A stretch of 32,000 nt of DNA, taken from contig NZ_LT906458.1 in the NCBI RefSeq assembly GCF_900187275.1, positions 720,001 to 752,000 on the forward strand. Reading direction: 5' to 3'. The position numbers and the translations under genes were made by a program. Shown one piece after another: positions 9,750 to 18,511 of the stretch (positions within the stretch are counted from its first letter, which is position 1; every line of letters begins with the position of its first letter). Origin of the DNA: Pasteurella multocida. Its GTDB lineage: Bacteria; Pseudomonadota; Gammaproteobacteria; Enterobacterales; Pasteurellaceae. The notes below the pieces were generated by a model, which did not search any database, was not told the origin of the DNA, and saw only the letters and a program-made list of their open reading frames with translations.

Positions 9750-9758
9750 ACCGCACTT
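9750..9758 (-). repeat. Uptake signal sequence core (Hin-type USS)
   Basis: ACCGCACTT on +. It is intergenic and immediately follows the stop of the 33-codon ORF. An AT-rich flank follows. Confidence 0.85.
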
Positions 9759-9860
9759 TTAGCCATGGGTATAAGTACGATAAAAAAATAAAAAGACCAA
9801 AATCCCGAGCATAATCAGGATTTGAATAAGTCGCTTTTTCGTTAACTTTTCTGCCGCCAT
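9759..9860 (-). CDS. Candidate small membrane protein, 33 aa (not on the ORF track)
   Basis: Hand-translated ATG 9860 to TAA 9759-9761 gives MAAEKLTKKRLIQILIMLGILVFLFFYRTYTHG. This is a basic N-terminus followed by one hydrophobic helix. A purine-rich AGAGAGAGAGAAAA lies directly upstream. Plausible promoter: GTTACA-16-TATAAG. A USS and the 9699-9727 hairpin lie downstream. There is no homology evidence. Confidence 0.35.
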   Translation of the reverse strand: MAAEKLTKKRLIQILIMLGILVFLFFYRTYTHG

Positions 9861-9917
9861 TTTTCTCTCTCTTGCTTATATTTAACACTTCTTAATTGTA
9901 ACATTTAATGATATTAT

Positions 9918-9931
9918 TTGAGATAGATCAA
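9918..9931. promoter_or_regulatory. FNR box in the fnr upstream region
   Basis: TTGAG-ATAG-ATCAA matches TTGAT-N4-ATCAA at 9/10 positions. It lies 40 nt upstream of the fnr ATG and overlaps a possible -35 (TTGAGA-16-TATTTT). Confidence 0.6.
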
Positions 9932-9970
9932 TTTTACATTATTTTTGTTGTATTAATTAAGGTTTTATTT

Positions 9971-10729
9971 ATGGACACTAAAATTGGGCGCAAAGTGCAA
10001 TCGGGTGGGTGCGCTATTCACTGTCAAGACTGTAGTATTAGTCAACTTTGTATTCCTTTCACACTTAATGAACAGGAACTTGATCAGCTTGACAATATTA
10101 TTGAACGCAAAAAGCCAATACAAAAGTCGCAAGTGTTGTTTAAAGCGGGTGATCCATTAAATTCTCTCTATGCGATCCGCTCTGGTACGATTAAAACCTA
10201 TACTATCAGTGAAACTGGAGAAGAACAAATCACTTCATTTCAGTTACCGGGCGATCTTGTTGGCTTTGATGCAATCATGAATATGCAACATCCAAGTTTT
10301 GCTCAAGCACTGGAAACCTCTATGGTGTGCGAAATCCCATTTGACATTTTAGATGACTTATCCGGAAAAATGCCAAAGCTTCGCCAACAAATTATGCGTT
10401 TGATGAGTAATGAGATTAAAAATGATCAAGAAATGATTTTATTACTGTCAAAAATGAATGCTGAAGAACGCTTAGCGGCATTTATTTATAACCTTTCTAG
10501 ACGTTATTCTGCACGTGGTTTTTCTGCTCGCGAATTCCGTTTAACCATGACACGTGGTGATATTGGCAACTATTTAGGTTTGACCGTTGAAACCATTAGC
10601 CGTCTTTTAGGTCGCTTACAAAAAATGGGGATTCTTTCTGTACAAGGAAAGTACATCACGATTAATGATATGGTCGCGCTAATTGAGTTATCCGGAACAA
10701 CAAAAACCAATATAAAAATGGGAATTTAA
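9971..10729 (+). CDS. fnr: Anaerobic global regulator FNR (CRP/FNR family, [4Fe-4S])
   Basis: Start moved to ATG 9971; the track start 9908 adds 21 spurious residues. [20 protein letters not shown] is the Cys cluster. [27 protein letters not shown] is the HTH and is nearly identical to E. coli FNR. Confidence 0.95.
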   Translation: MDTKIGRKVQSGGCAIHCQDCSISQLCIPFTLNEQELDQLDNIIERKKPIQKSQVLFKAGDPLNSLYAIRSGTIKTYTISETGEEQITSFQLPGDLVGFDAIMNMQHPSFAQALETSMVCEIPFDILDDLSGKMPKLRQQIMRLMSNEIKNDQEMILLLSKMNAEERLAAFIYNLSRRYSARGFSAREFRLTMTRGDIGNYLGLTVETISRLLGRLQKMGILSVQGKYITINDMVALIELSGTTKTNIKMGI

Positions 10730-10734
10730 CATTT

Positions 10735-10769
10735 GAGTGCAACGTTTTGTTGCACTCCTCTACTTTTTT
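10735..10769 (+). terminator. Terminator after fnr
   Basis: Stem GAGTGCAAC (10735-10743) / GTTGCACTC (10749-10757) with loop GTTTT. T6 at 10764-10769 is offset 6 nt from the stem. Confidence 0.65.
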
Positions 10770-10840
10770 ACATACGCACCTTGTTATTTCAATAAATCTT
10801 TTCTATCCTATAGACAACCTAATTAACAATGGAGGTTGTT

Positions 10841-11779
10841 ATGAAGTTCAATAATATACTTGTCATTTTAAATCCAGAAAATGAAAAACAGTATGCTTTG
10901 GCACGCGCAGTGCGTTTAGTCAAAGAACAAAAAAGCCATCAAAAAGTCCGTATTACTGTTTTCTTATCCGTCTATGATCTTTCCTATGAAATGTCTGCTT
11001 TACTTTCTTCTGAAGAGCGCGCAGAAATGCACCAAGGTGTTATTGAGCAAAGAACCTTAGCAATTCAACCTTACTTAGAAAAGTATGCTGATCCAAATAT
11101 CGAATTTGAAACTAAAGTGGTATGGCATAGCAATGAAGCAGAAGCCATTACTCACGAAGTCGAAAAGCATGAATATGATCTTGTCGTCAAGTATACGAAA
11201 GAAGAAGAAAGTATTACCTCCTTAATTTTTACGCCAATGGATTGGCAATTACTCAGAAAATGTCCAAAACCATTATTAATGGTGAGAGATGGTAATTGGA
11301 AACATCAACGACGGATTCTCATTGCTGTCAATGTTGCCGATGATGAAGAAAAAAACCATAAAGTCTTTAATGAACAATTAGTCTCTTTAGGTATTGATTT
11401 AGCGGATAAACTGGAACGAGGTAATGTACATTTAGTCACCGCTTATCCACCAACACCAATTAATATGGCGATTGACTTACCAGAATTTAATAGCGGTGAA
11501 TATGAGAAAAATATCAGAGGTCAATATTTGCTGAATATGAAAGCTTTACGCCAGCAATTCAGTATTGATGAAGACCACACCCATGTACGCGAGGGTTTTC
11601 CAGAAGAAGTCATCCCACAAGTTGCCAAAGAACTTGAAGCAGAACTTGTGGTTTTAGGTACTATTGGTCGAACCGGCTTATCTGCCGCTTTTTTAGGTAA
11701 TACCGCTGAACATGTGATTAATAAATTGAATTGTAGCCTACTCGCCATTAAGCCAGACAATCCAGAAGAGAGTAATTAA
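10841..11779 (+). CDS. uspE: Tandem-domain universal stress protein UspE
   Basis: ...FLSVYDLSYEMSALLSSEERAEMHQGVIEQR... is collinear with E. coli UspE. Start set to ATG 10841, 5 nt after SD GGAGG (10831-10835). The fnr-uspE adjacency matches E. coli. Confidence 0.88.
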   Translation: MKFNNILVILNPENEKQYALARAVRLVKEQKSHQKVRITVFLSVYDLSYEMSALLSSEERAEMHQGVIEQRTLAIQPYLEKYADPNIEFETKVVWHSNEAEAITHEVEKHEYDLVVKYTKEEESITSLIFTPMDWQLLRKCPKPLLMVRDGNWKHQRRILIAVNVADDEEKNHKVFNEQLVSLGIDLADKLERGNVHLVTAYPPTPINMAIDLPEFNSGEYEKNIRGQYLLNMKALRQQFSIDEDHTHVREGFPEEVIPQVAKELEAELVVLGTIGRTGLSAAFLGNTAEHVINKLNCSLLAIKPDNPEESN

Positions 11780-11798
11780 TCTCACTTTCTAGCATAAA

Positions 11799-11828
11799 AA
11801 AATAGCCTGTTATATAACAGGCTATTTT
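11799..11828. terminator. Bidirectional terminator between convergent uspE and cybC
   Basis: Perfect palindrome AAAATAGCCTGTT-ATAT-AACAGGCTATTTT, with an A-run on one side and a T-run on the other. Confidence 0.8.
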
Positions 11829-11841
11829 AATAAAACGGGGT

Positions 11842-12216
11842 TTATTTATATTTTTTGTGATAAACGTTACGAATATCAAATAATTTTTTCGCGGCGGTTT
11901 TAGCTGCATCTAAATTTCCCTCTTGAGCCAGTTTATCCGCTTCATCAAGAGCAGTGATAAACTCTTTCATCCCCTCTTGATAACCTTTAAAATCCGCATC
12001 ATTTGTAATACTTGATGGTCTTTTTTCACTAGATTGTTGCGCAATTTCACGCAATATTTTCGCAGATTCTTGAAATTCAGCGACATCTTTTGCGTTAGTT
12101 AAGGTGGCGGCAACTGTTTTCATTTGATTCATTTCTGCACGTACATTTGCTTGAACTCCTGTCGCCACAGATAAGCCAATTAAGGTAATAGAAAGGAATT
12201 TTAGCAATTTATGCAT
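11842..12216 (-). CDS. cybC: Soluble cytochrome b562
   Basis: Signal peptide followed by a helical bundle. Candidate Met haem ligand in RAEMNQM. The C-terminus ...FDIRNVYHKKYK parallels E. coli ...TTRNAYHQKYR (His ligand). SD is GGGAGAA. Confidence 0.85.
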   Translation of the reverse strand: MHKLLKFLSITLIGLSVATGVQANVRAEMNQMKTVAATLTNAKDVAEFQESAKILREIAQQSSEKRPSSITNDADFKGYQEGMKEFITALDEADKLAQEGNLDAAKTAAKKLFDIRNVYHKKYK

Positions 12217-12295
12217 TTATTATTCTCCCACAATGAATTATAAAAAAAATCGAACCATTAACCGCACAATAATGGCTCGATTATTCTAACGAATC

Positions 12296-14179
12296 TTAGT
12301 TTATTGTGCTACAAGTGAGGCAATATAAATATTTCCCTTTTGGATCATTCATTTTATTTAATAACCCAATCTGTTTTCTCACTTCACGATATTCTACTGG
12401 GAGTGCAATACTTTCTAACAATGTATTCCCTACCCATGCTTGTATTTTTCGTTTAAGGGTTGGCAACAAATCACTCAAGAAATTCTGTTCGTCTTCAACC
12501 ATCCATTGAAGGGCAAAATAATCGACTTTCTCTTTTTCATCGAGTAATTGATTAGCGAGCTCCGAAGCTTTCTCTACGGCAAGATTAAAGTGACCGAGTT
12601 CATCCACAAGATTGTGTTTAACCGCCTCTTCGCCTAACCAAATTTTACCCTGTGCTATTTTATCGACTTCTTCCACTGTCATGCCTCGACCACGGCTAAC
12701 AACGGATAAGAATTTATCGTATCCACTTTCAATTTCCAGTTGAAGAATATCTGACATTTCACTGGATAATCCACTAAAACGAGAACTTGAACTCAGTGCT
12801 GAGGTTGATACGCCATCTGCCGAAATGCCCACTTTCTTAAGTGTTTTTTCAAATGTTGGGAACAGCGCAAAAATACCAATCGAGCCTGTAATCGTATTTT
12901 TATCTGCGATAATATAATCTGCGGTACTAGAAATCCAATAGCCTCCAGAGGCCGCCATCGCCCCCATAGAAACAACAACTGGTTTTCCGAGCGCTTGTAA
13001 ATTATCTACTTCTTGACGAATTATTTCAGAAGCAAAAGCACTGCCACCTGGACTGTTGACTCGAAGAATCACCGCTTTTACATTGTCATCATCGTGCGCT
13101 TGGCGTAAAAGGCGTGCAATCGTATCTCCTCCCACTTCATGCTCATCACTTTCACCATCAATAATGGCACCTTCAACATTGACAACGGCAATTTTATATT
13201 GTCCTTCTTCAGAAAGTCGATCTGGTAACAAGGACAAATAATCCTCATAATCAATTAAGCGTATATTATCGTTTTTGTCTTGTCCAAAACGTTCCAATAA
13301 TTTTTCATCTATTTCTAAACGATTGGCTAAACCTGTCACCAACTGACGTTGCTGTGTATATGCCGTACTGTCCCCTTTCAACATTTTTAAGGCTTGTATG
13401 TATTTTGAAGACGCAGGTAACACATCATCTGGATCAATTTGACGGTTTTTTGCCACAATTTGCTTATAATTATGCCACATTGCCCCGAGCCACTCGCTCA
13501 GATCAGTCTTCGCTTCTGGCGACATATTATCGCGTAGAAACGGCTCAACAGCGGATTTATAGGTGCCGACTCTAAAAATATGCGCTGTGACATCTAAGTT
13601 TTCTAGCATTGATTTAAAATACAGATTTTCTTGACGTAATCCCGTAATATCCACCTGACCAATTGGGTTGATATAAATTTCATCTGCATAACTCGCCAAT
13701 AAATATTGTGATTGTCCTAGGTTATCCGCAAAGGCAATGACCGGTTTTTGACTTTCTTTAAAGGCATTGATGGTCTGACCAACGTATTCTAATGCAGGTA
13801 AATCTGCGCCCTCAAAGAAATTCAGATCTAACACTAATCCACTAATACGATCATCCTTTTTCGCATGATCAATCATATACACAATATCAAAAGTAGAAAT
13901 TTGGCGTGGCACATGTTGATTATCTAATTCTTTCAATGCTTTCTGCCAAGACATACTCTCTTCACGATTATCCGCAAGATAGCCATCTAAATTTAACAAT
14001 AAGGCATATTTTTCATTCTCTAACATCATAGGGTGTTGTATTTTATTTGAATGAAAAAAGATCCCAACGACTGCGGCGACAAGAAGTACAAAAAATAAAA
14101 AAACAATATTCATGACGAGCTCACGAATAAAATTTAAAATACGCCAGCATAAACGGAAAAACTGTACAATTAATTGCAT
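12296..14179 (-). CDS. sppA: Signal peptide peptidase SppA (protease IV), 67K type
   Basis: 627 aa, collinear with E. coli SppA: FRVGTYKSAVEPFLRDNMSPEA, VILRVNSPGGSAFASE, VVVSMGAMAASGGYWIS, C-terminal ...YLYCLTC. Confidence 0.93.
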   Translation of the reverse strand: MQLIVQFFRLCWRILNFIRELVMNIVFLFFVLLVAAVVGIFFHSNKIQHPMMLENEKYALLLNLDGYLADNREESMSWQKALKELDNQHVPRQISTFDIVYMIDHAKKDDRISGLVLDLNFFEGADLPALEYVGQTINAFKESQKPVIAFADNLGQSQYLLASYADEIYINPIGQVDITGLRQENLYFKSMLENLDVTAHIFRVGTYKSAVEPFLRDNMSPEAKTDLSEWLGAMWHNYKQIVAKNRQIDPDDVLPASSKYIQALKMLKGDSTAYTQQRQLVTGLANRLEIDEKLLERFGQDKNDNIRLIDYEDYLSLLPDRLSEEGQYKIAVVNVEGAIIDGESDEHEVGGDTIARLLRQAHDDDNVKAVILRVNSPGGSAFASEIIRQEVDNLQALGKPVVVSMGAMAASGGYWISSTADYIIADKNTITGSIGIFALFPTFEKTLKKVGISADGVSTSALSSSSRFSGLSSEMSDILQLEIESGYDKFLSVVSRGRGMTVEEVDKIAQGKIWLGEEAVKHNLVDELGHFNLAVEKASELANQLLDEKEKVDYFALQWMVEDEQNFLSDLLPTLKRKIQAWVGNTLLESIALPVEYREVRKQIGLLNKMNDPKGKYLYCLTCSTIN

Positions 14180-14273
14180 AAAACCTCATCAAATAAACAG
14201 AATAAAGGAATTTTGCTAACATACCACAAACTCCGATAGCAATAAACGCTCATCGTAAAATATGCTAAAATCT

Positions 14274-14282
14274 ACCGCACTT
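14274..14282 (-). repeat. Uptake signal sequence core (Hin-type USS)
   Basis: ACCGCACTT on +; in the sppA/ydjA divergent intergenic region. Confidence 0.85.
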
Positions 14283-14302
14283 TACTCACTGAGGAAAATT
14301 TC

Positions 14303-14857
14303 ATGGATGCATTACAATTACTGACAACACGACGTTCAGAAAAGAAACTGACTGCGCCGGCACCGGATAAAGCACAGTTAGACGTCATTTTTCAAGCCGC
14401 ATTAAATGTGCCTGATCACGGTCGTTTATCCCCTTATCGCTTTATTGTGATGGAAGGTGAAGGTTTAAATAAACTTGAAATATTATTAAAAGAAACGGTG
14501 CAAGAATTTGAATTAGGCGAAGAATTTCTCAAAAAAGCAGAAAATTTGGCAAGCCGTGCCCCTATGGTGATTGCGGTGATTGCGAAAATCAATAAAGCGT
14601 TGCCTAAAGTCCCTGCTTGGGAACAAATGTTAAGTGCAGGTTGTGCTACTTATGCAATTCAATTGGCGGCTAACGCACAAGGCTTCGCAAATGTATGGAT
14701 TACGGGAAAATGGGTGAACGGTAGTAAATTGCGTCACGCTTTTGATTGTGCAGAACACGATAAAGTGATTGCCTTATTAATGCTAGGCAGTGCGGAAGAA
14801 AAAATGGATAGGGAAAAGAAATCACAAGATCTTTCTCAGTTTGTATCTTATCTGTAA
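14303..14857 (+). CDS. ydjA: NAD(P)H nitroreductase YdjA
   Basis: MDALQLLTTRRSEKKLTAPAPDKAQL...VPDHGRLSPYRFIVMEGEG is collinear with E. coli YdjA. It is divergent from sppA, as in E. coli. SD is GAGGAAA. Confidence 0.88.
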   Translation: MDALQLLTTRRSEKKLTAPAPDKAQLDVIFQAALNVPDHGRLSPYRFIVMEGEGLNKLEILLKETVQEFELGEEFLKKAENLASRAPMVIAVIAKINKALPKVPAWEQMLSAGCATYAIQLAANAQGFANVWITGKWVNGSKLRHAFDCAEHDKVIALLMLGSAEEKMDREKKSQDLSQFVSYL

Positions 14858-14867
14858 CAAGACAATA

Positions 14868-14903
14868 AACCGCTATACGGCAACGCAAATGCCCATAGCG
14901 GTT
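14868..14903. terminator. Candidate hairpin between convergent ydjA and the mini-lipoprotein gene
   Basis: AACCGCTAT (14868-14876) pairs with ATAGCGGTT (14895-14903). An inner GGCA/TGCC pairing also forms. No clean T-run follows on the + strand, and the minus-strand tail is only weakly T-rich. Confidence 0.4.
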
Positions 14904-14949
14904 AAACCCTAACGCACATGGTGTAAATAAACGAAAATGCAGTGCTTAA

Positions 14950-15084
14950 TTAAAATCTGACACCCGTACCAATCCCTACGCCAACACCGACACCACTACT
15001 GCCACCACCCGCATTGACACTCCCGCCTACCGCACAACCCGATACGATCAAGCTCATCAAAATAAAGATAACGTATTTTTTCAT
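14950..15084 (-). CDS. Small glycine-zipper lipoprotein, 44 aa (not on the ORF track)
   Basis: Hand-translated sequence is MKKYVIFILMSLIVSGCAVGGSVNAGGGSSGVGVGVGIGTGVRF. It has a signal peptide with lipobox VSGC and a Gly/Val-rich mature part. ATG 15084 lies 1 nt after the stop (15086-15088) of the upstream kinase-like gene. Confidence 0.6.
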   Translation of the reverse strand: MKKYVIFILMSLIVSGCAVGGSVNAGGGSSGVGVGVGIGTGVRF

Positions 15085-15085
15085 C

Positions 15086-15826
15086 CTATTTTCCCTCTTT
15101 TAATGAAGATGACATATTTTCAAATAAACGATAAATAGCAATCAGATCCGTTTTTGCGATCGGTTTGAATGGTAACAAAATGTAATAAATAAAGCGATAT
15201 TTTCGTAATGTTCTTAATACGCCATGCCAAACTTGAGGATCGCCCATATCTGCATAAGCATGAATGAGACATTGAATCTCCTCATCTGAAATGACTTTCG
15301 CACGGCATAAGCCATATAAGAACATCATCACATCTTTGGTTTTTCTCCATAACAAATCCTGCTCAACAGGATAAGCTTCCAAATCAATAAAAGTCACTTT
15401 TCCCTCTTGCCAAGTCATATCTCGCAACACGGGTCTGCCATGAACTAACCCTGTTTGATGTAATTGAATGAGGGCGTGTAGGCAATCAAATAAAATCTGT
15501 AATTTAAGCTGCTGAGATAGGCTGCTATCTTCCTGCCAAGCAATGGCTGTACGCCCAACATCATCTACGACAAAAAAGTGTTTACCATATGCGAGTAATT
15601 GAGGGACTGGCGCCTGACGCGAGGCAAAATACGTTAAGGTTTGGATTTCTTTTTGTAAGGCAATCTGAGGATTCGGTTTTAACAGTTTCCAAATACCTCG
15701 AAGCTGTTCTGGTTGTTTTAACCAACATTGTTTGCCTTGATATTGGAAATGATAAATACGTTTATGTTTATTGTTTTCCACTAATTGTGCTATATATTCT
15801 TCAAACGAAGTATGCGCAAATTCCAT
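15086..15826 (-). CDS. InaA/Kdo-kinase-like (LPS kinase family fold) protein with a non-canonical catalytic loop
   Basis: 246 aa. Candidate beta3 Lys in QCWLKQPE and alphaC Glu in LQKEIQTL. The catalytic-loop position reads VHGRPVLRD (15419-15442) instead of H-x-D. The DFG-equivalent FIDLE is retained. This is the same pattern as remembered E. coli InaA (HGCCYVRH ... FLDLEK). SD is AAGGAAA. Confidence 0.6.
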   Translation of the reverse strand: MEFAHTSFEEYIAQLVENNKHKRIYHFQYQGKQCWLKQPEQLRGIWKLLKPNPQIALQKEIQTLTYFASRQAPVPQLLAYGKHFFVVDDVGRTAIAWQEDSSLSQQLKLQILFDCLHALIQLHQTGLVHGRPVLRDMTWQEGKVTFIDLEAYPVEQDLLWRKTKDVMMFLYGLCRAKVISDEEIQCLIHAYADMGDPQVWHGVLRTLRKYRFIYYILLPFKPIAKTDLIAIYRLFENMSSSLKEGK

Positions 15827-15845
15827 TTAAAACGTTTCCTTTATT

Positions 15846-15883
15846 CAAAAAAATAAAGTGTGGCTACATCACCACACTTTATT
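15846..15883 (-). terminator. Rho-independent terminator after the 230-aa lipoprotein gene
   Basis: Perfect 12-bp stem AATAAAGTGTGG (15852-15863) / CCACACTTTATT (15872-15883) with an 8-nt loop. On the minus strand a T7 run follows (reverse complement of A-run 15847-15853). Confidence 0.8.
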
Positions 15884-15901
15884 CATCGCATCACTCAATG
15901 A

Positions 15902-16594
15902 TTACTTTTTCATTAAGCTAAGCTTACTGACTTTATCACCTGATAGTTGGCAATCCATATTGTAATATTGATTACCATTTAAACGCACGGTGGCTTTAAT
16001 TTGATTTTCTGTGACGACAGCATTTTCTGGGCTACGAAAAACGCGGTTGGTTTGTGCAACTTGTTGGATTTTCGCAATGCAAAGATAATTCACCTTGGCA
16101 TCACTGCCCGTTTTCACGCGTCCAGCGCTGGCATCTGCCTTATTATAACCGAATAATTTTTGTAATTGGCTCGCTTTATGCCATAACGCTTTGCTGTCTG
16201 CTGGATTTGCATGCTGTTTTTTGCCATTTGCATCAATGGCGGCGATAACATCACCACTTTGGTTAAACTGATAAACGCCCGTTTTATCTTGTACAAAACT
16301 CACTTTACCAGCTTGATAGAAAAACTTTGCCAATTGACCGTTTTTTTGCACTTTGATCAATTCTGGCTGTGTGCTTAAATAAGCAATATAGTGATCCTGA
16401 TTATGAATATATTCAAATGGTTTTAAAGCTGTCGCTTTTTGTTCTAAGCTTGCTAAATCAACGCCTAAGGCTTGAGTGACGGTTTGCGCAGAAACAACCG
16501 TAGCTCCTTGAGATGTGGTTTGAGGTAAATGACTACAGGCAGATAAGGCGATGGCAGTCATAAATAAAATAGATTTTGATGTATATTGGCGCAT
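15902..16594 (-). CDS. Lipoprotein of unknown function
   Basis: MRQYTSKSILFMTAIALSAC carries lipobox LSAC. SD is AAGGAAA. The mature protein is soluble-looking with two later Cys residues (YLCIAK, NMDCQL). I recognise no family. Confidence 0.7.
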   Translation of the reverse strand: MRQYTSKSILFMTAIALSACSHLPQTTSQGATVVSAQTVTQALGVDLASLEQKATALKPFEYIHNQDHYIAYLSTQPELIKVQKNGQLAKFFYQAGKVSFVQDKTGVYQFNQSGDVIAAIDANGKKQHANPADSKALWHKASQLQKLFGYNKADASAGRVKTGSDAKVNYLCIAKIQQVAQTNRVFRSPENAVVTENQIKATVRLNGNQYYNMDCQLSGDKVSKLSLMKK

Positions 16595-16704
16595 AAAGTT
16601 TCCTTAAAATAAGACATAAACCTTGCTATTCTAACGAATAATCACCTATTTTTGAATAAAATTTCAACGTATCGTAGCAAAATAAACAATTCCGTTGCAT
16701 CACA

Positions 16705-16740
16705 TAAAAAATAACGAGATGTTTCCACCTCGCTATCTCG
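16705..16740 (-). terminator. Candidate terminator after nagK
   Basis: 6-bp stem CGAGAT (16715-16720) / ATCTCG (16735-16740) with a 14-nt loop. On the minus strand TTATTTTTT follows. Confidence 0.4.
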
Positions 16741-16746
16741 CCATAT

Positions 16747-17661
16747 TTATTTGCTCAAAAACAACGCAGCGGCCCCTCGTACACCACCAGAATCACCATA
16801 TTTCGCTTTTTTAATTAGTGGCACATTCGCACTGCGTAATAAACGTGCAGGTAGGGCTTTAGGTAAGGCTTCATATAAATAATCAAAATTAGATAATCCA
16901 CCGCCTAAAACAATCACGTGAGGATCTAATACTGTAATCAAATTTCCTATTGAAATGGCACAAAGCTCAATAAAAAGCTCAACAAATTTGACCGCACTTT
17001 GGTCACCGGCATAAAAACGTTGAATAATCGCTTGCGCACTTAACGCTTCACCTTGCATATCACGATACAACATTTCAAAGCCTCTGCCTGATAAATACGT
17101 ATCTAAACAAGCACGATTACCACAACCACAATCATAAATCGGTGCGTTATCCCCGCCCAACAATCTTAACGCATGGTAATTTAATTGTGTATGTCCTACT
17201 TCACCCGCCATCCCTGTTTGACCAGAATGTACCTTACCATTAAAAATCAGACCGCCCCCAAATCCAGTCCCGAGAATTAGCCCTAGCACGCTTGGATATT
17301 GGGCATTTTCTTCATCCCAAGCTTCTGATAACGCAAAACAATTCGCGTCATTTTCAGCGCGAACTTCACGCCCTAATCGCGTTTCAAGATCTTGAATAAT
17401 CGGTTTATGATCTGCCGCACGAATATTCACTATTTCCGCAATACCTGTGGCTGGATTAACAAAACCGGGAATACCTAATCCTACAGTGCCTTGACACTGA
17501 AACATCTCATCTGCTTTATGGACTAAACGCACAATTGTGTTTAACCATTCCTCATAACTTTCTTTAGGGGTTTCTACTCTTTCTGAATATTGTTTTTCTA
17601 ACTGATCATTAAATACGGCAAGTTCAATTTTTGTTCCGCCAATATCAAATCCATATCGCAT
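16747..17661 (-). CDS. nagK: N-acetyl-D-glucosamine kinase (ROK family)
   Basis: Start moved to ATG 17661 behind [56 protein letters not shown] and [18 protein letters not shown] are collinear with E. coli NagK. Confidence 0.9.
   Translation of the reverse strand: MRYGFDIGGTKIELAVFNDQLEKQYSERVETPKESYEEWLNTIVRLVHKADEMFQCQGTVGLGIPGFVNPATGIAEIVNIRAADHKPIIQDLETRLGREVRAENDANCFALSEAWDEENAQYPSVLGLILGTGFGGGLIFNGKVHSGQTGMAGEVGHTQLNYHALRLLGGDNAPIYDCGCGNRACLDTYLSGRGFEMLYRDMQGEALSAQAIIQRFYAGDQSAVKFVELFIELCAISIGNLITVLDPHVIVLGGGLSNFDYLYEALPKALPARLLRSANVPLIKKAKYGDSGGVRGAAALFLSK
16991..16999 (-). repeat. Uptake signal sequence core (Hin-type USS)
   Basis: ACCGCACTT on +; inside nagK. Confidence 0.85.
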
Positions 17662-17710
17662 GTTCACCTCACTTAAAAAAATAATTTTAATTCTAGCAAT
17701 GATTTCACGT

Positions 17711-18436
17711 CTATTTCTTGATAAATATCGATTTTTTTTGCAAAAACGTAAAAATTCCCCAGTGTACAAAAAATGCAATTAATGTGCTGATAAATAAATC
17801 TATCGGATAATGCATTCCGAAACGTAAACGACTAATCAGCATAAATACAGCCCACAGTGAAGTGAAACTCACAAGTACTTTTGCCGTTAATGAACGTACA
17901 CTTAATAAGTGTACAAAACCGACCACTAACATCAACCAAGTTGCCGCAAAAATCGTATGTCCAGAGGGAAATGCATAGCCCACTTCTTTTTCATAATGGC
18001 TCTTTAACCAGTTTGGTGTATCCGATTTTGTTTGATAAAACTGATCAATAAAATGCGATCGTTGTTTACGCTCTTGTGCATAAAATTGTTCAACACTGAT
18101 GCCACTCGCTTCTGCGACATAAACAATATAAGGACGCGGCTCCGAAAAAAGCGTTTTTAATCCGCTTTTGATACCTTGCGTAAGGATGACGGAAAATGCC
18201 ATGACAAGCACACCTAATACCCACTGTTTTCGCGTCTGGAATAAGGGAATAAAAAGTAAGGCAAAAATCCCACACGTAATAATCGCATAAGGCACACTCC
18301 CACTTTCTGTTAAGAAATAAAGTGGATAGTCGTAATTTGTCATCACATCATCGCTACGCCATTGCCATGTAAAAATCCAAGCAAAAAGAGGGACAACACA
18401 AAGCAATAAGGTATATAATGATAATCTTTTTAACAT
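17711..18436 (-). CDS. pgpB: Phosphatidylglycerophosphatase B / PAP2-family lipid phosphatase
   Basis: PAP2 motifs [13 protein letters not shown] and [12 protein letters not shown] are collinear with E. coli PgpB. It is divergent from ribA, as in E. coli. The start is uncertain. ATG 18436 ([12 protein letters not shown]...) was chosen by alignment. In-frame ATGs also occur at 18448 and 18460. The track start 18610 would overlap ribA. Confidence 0.8.
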   Translation of the reverse strand: MLKRLSLYTLLLCVVPLFAWIFTWQWRSDDVMTNYDYPLYFLTESGSVPYAIITCGIFALLFIPLFQTRKQWVLGVLVMAFSVILTQGIKSGLKTLFSEPRPYIVYVAEASGISVEQFYAQERKQRSHFIDQFYQTKSDTPNWLKSHYEKEVGYAFPSGHTIFAATWLMLVVGFVHLLSVRSLTAKVLVSFTSLWAVFMLISRLRFGMHYPIDLFISTLIAFFVHWGIFTFLQKKSIFIKK

Positions 18437-18511
18437 ATTCGCAACCATAAAATGAATCATCTGAAAGAGCGATATTCTATCAGATAACGCATAAAAGAAT
18501 AAGGATTGATT

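Noticed and set aside
12261-12269. Additional USS-like sequences (ACCGCACaa at 12261, ACCGCACgc at 20607, AAGTGCGct near 18947, AAGTGCGca near 21815)
   Set aside because: They match only 7 of 9 core positions and were not counted among the ten perfect cores.
12283-12294. Recurring ATTCTAACGAAT / ATTATTCTAA strings (12283, 16627, 26665) as a dispersed repeat
   Set aside because: On the minus strand each reads ...TTAGAAT... at the right distance upstream of a gene start (cybC, the 230-aa lipoprotein, nagC). They are most simply explained as similar -10 hexamers (TAGAAT) rather than a repeat family.
15589-15921. 110-aa plus-strand ORF
   Set aside because: It is antisense to the InaA-like gene and reads straight through the 15846-15883 terminator hairpin.
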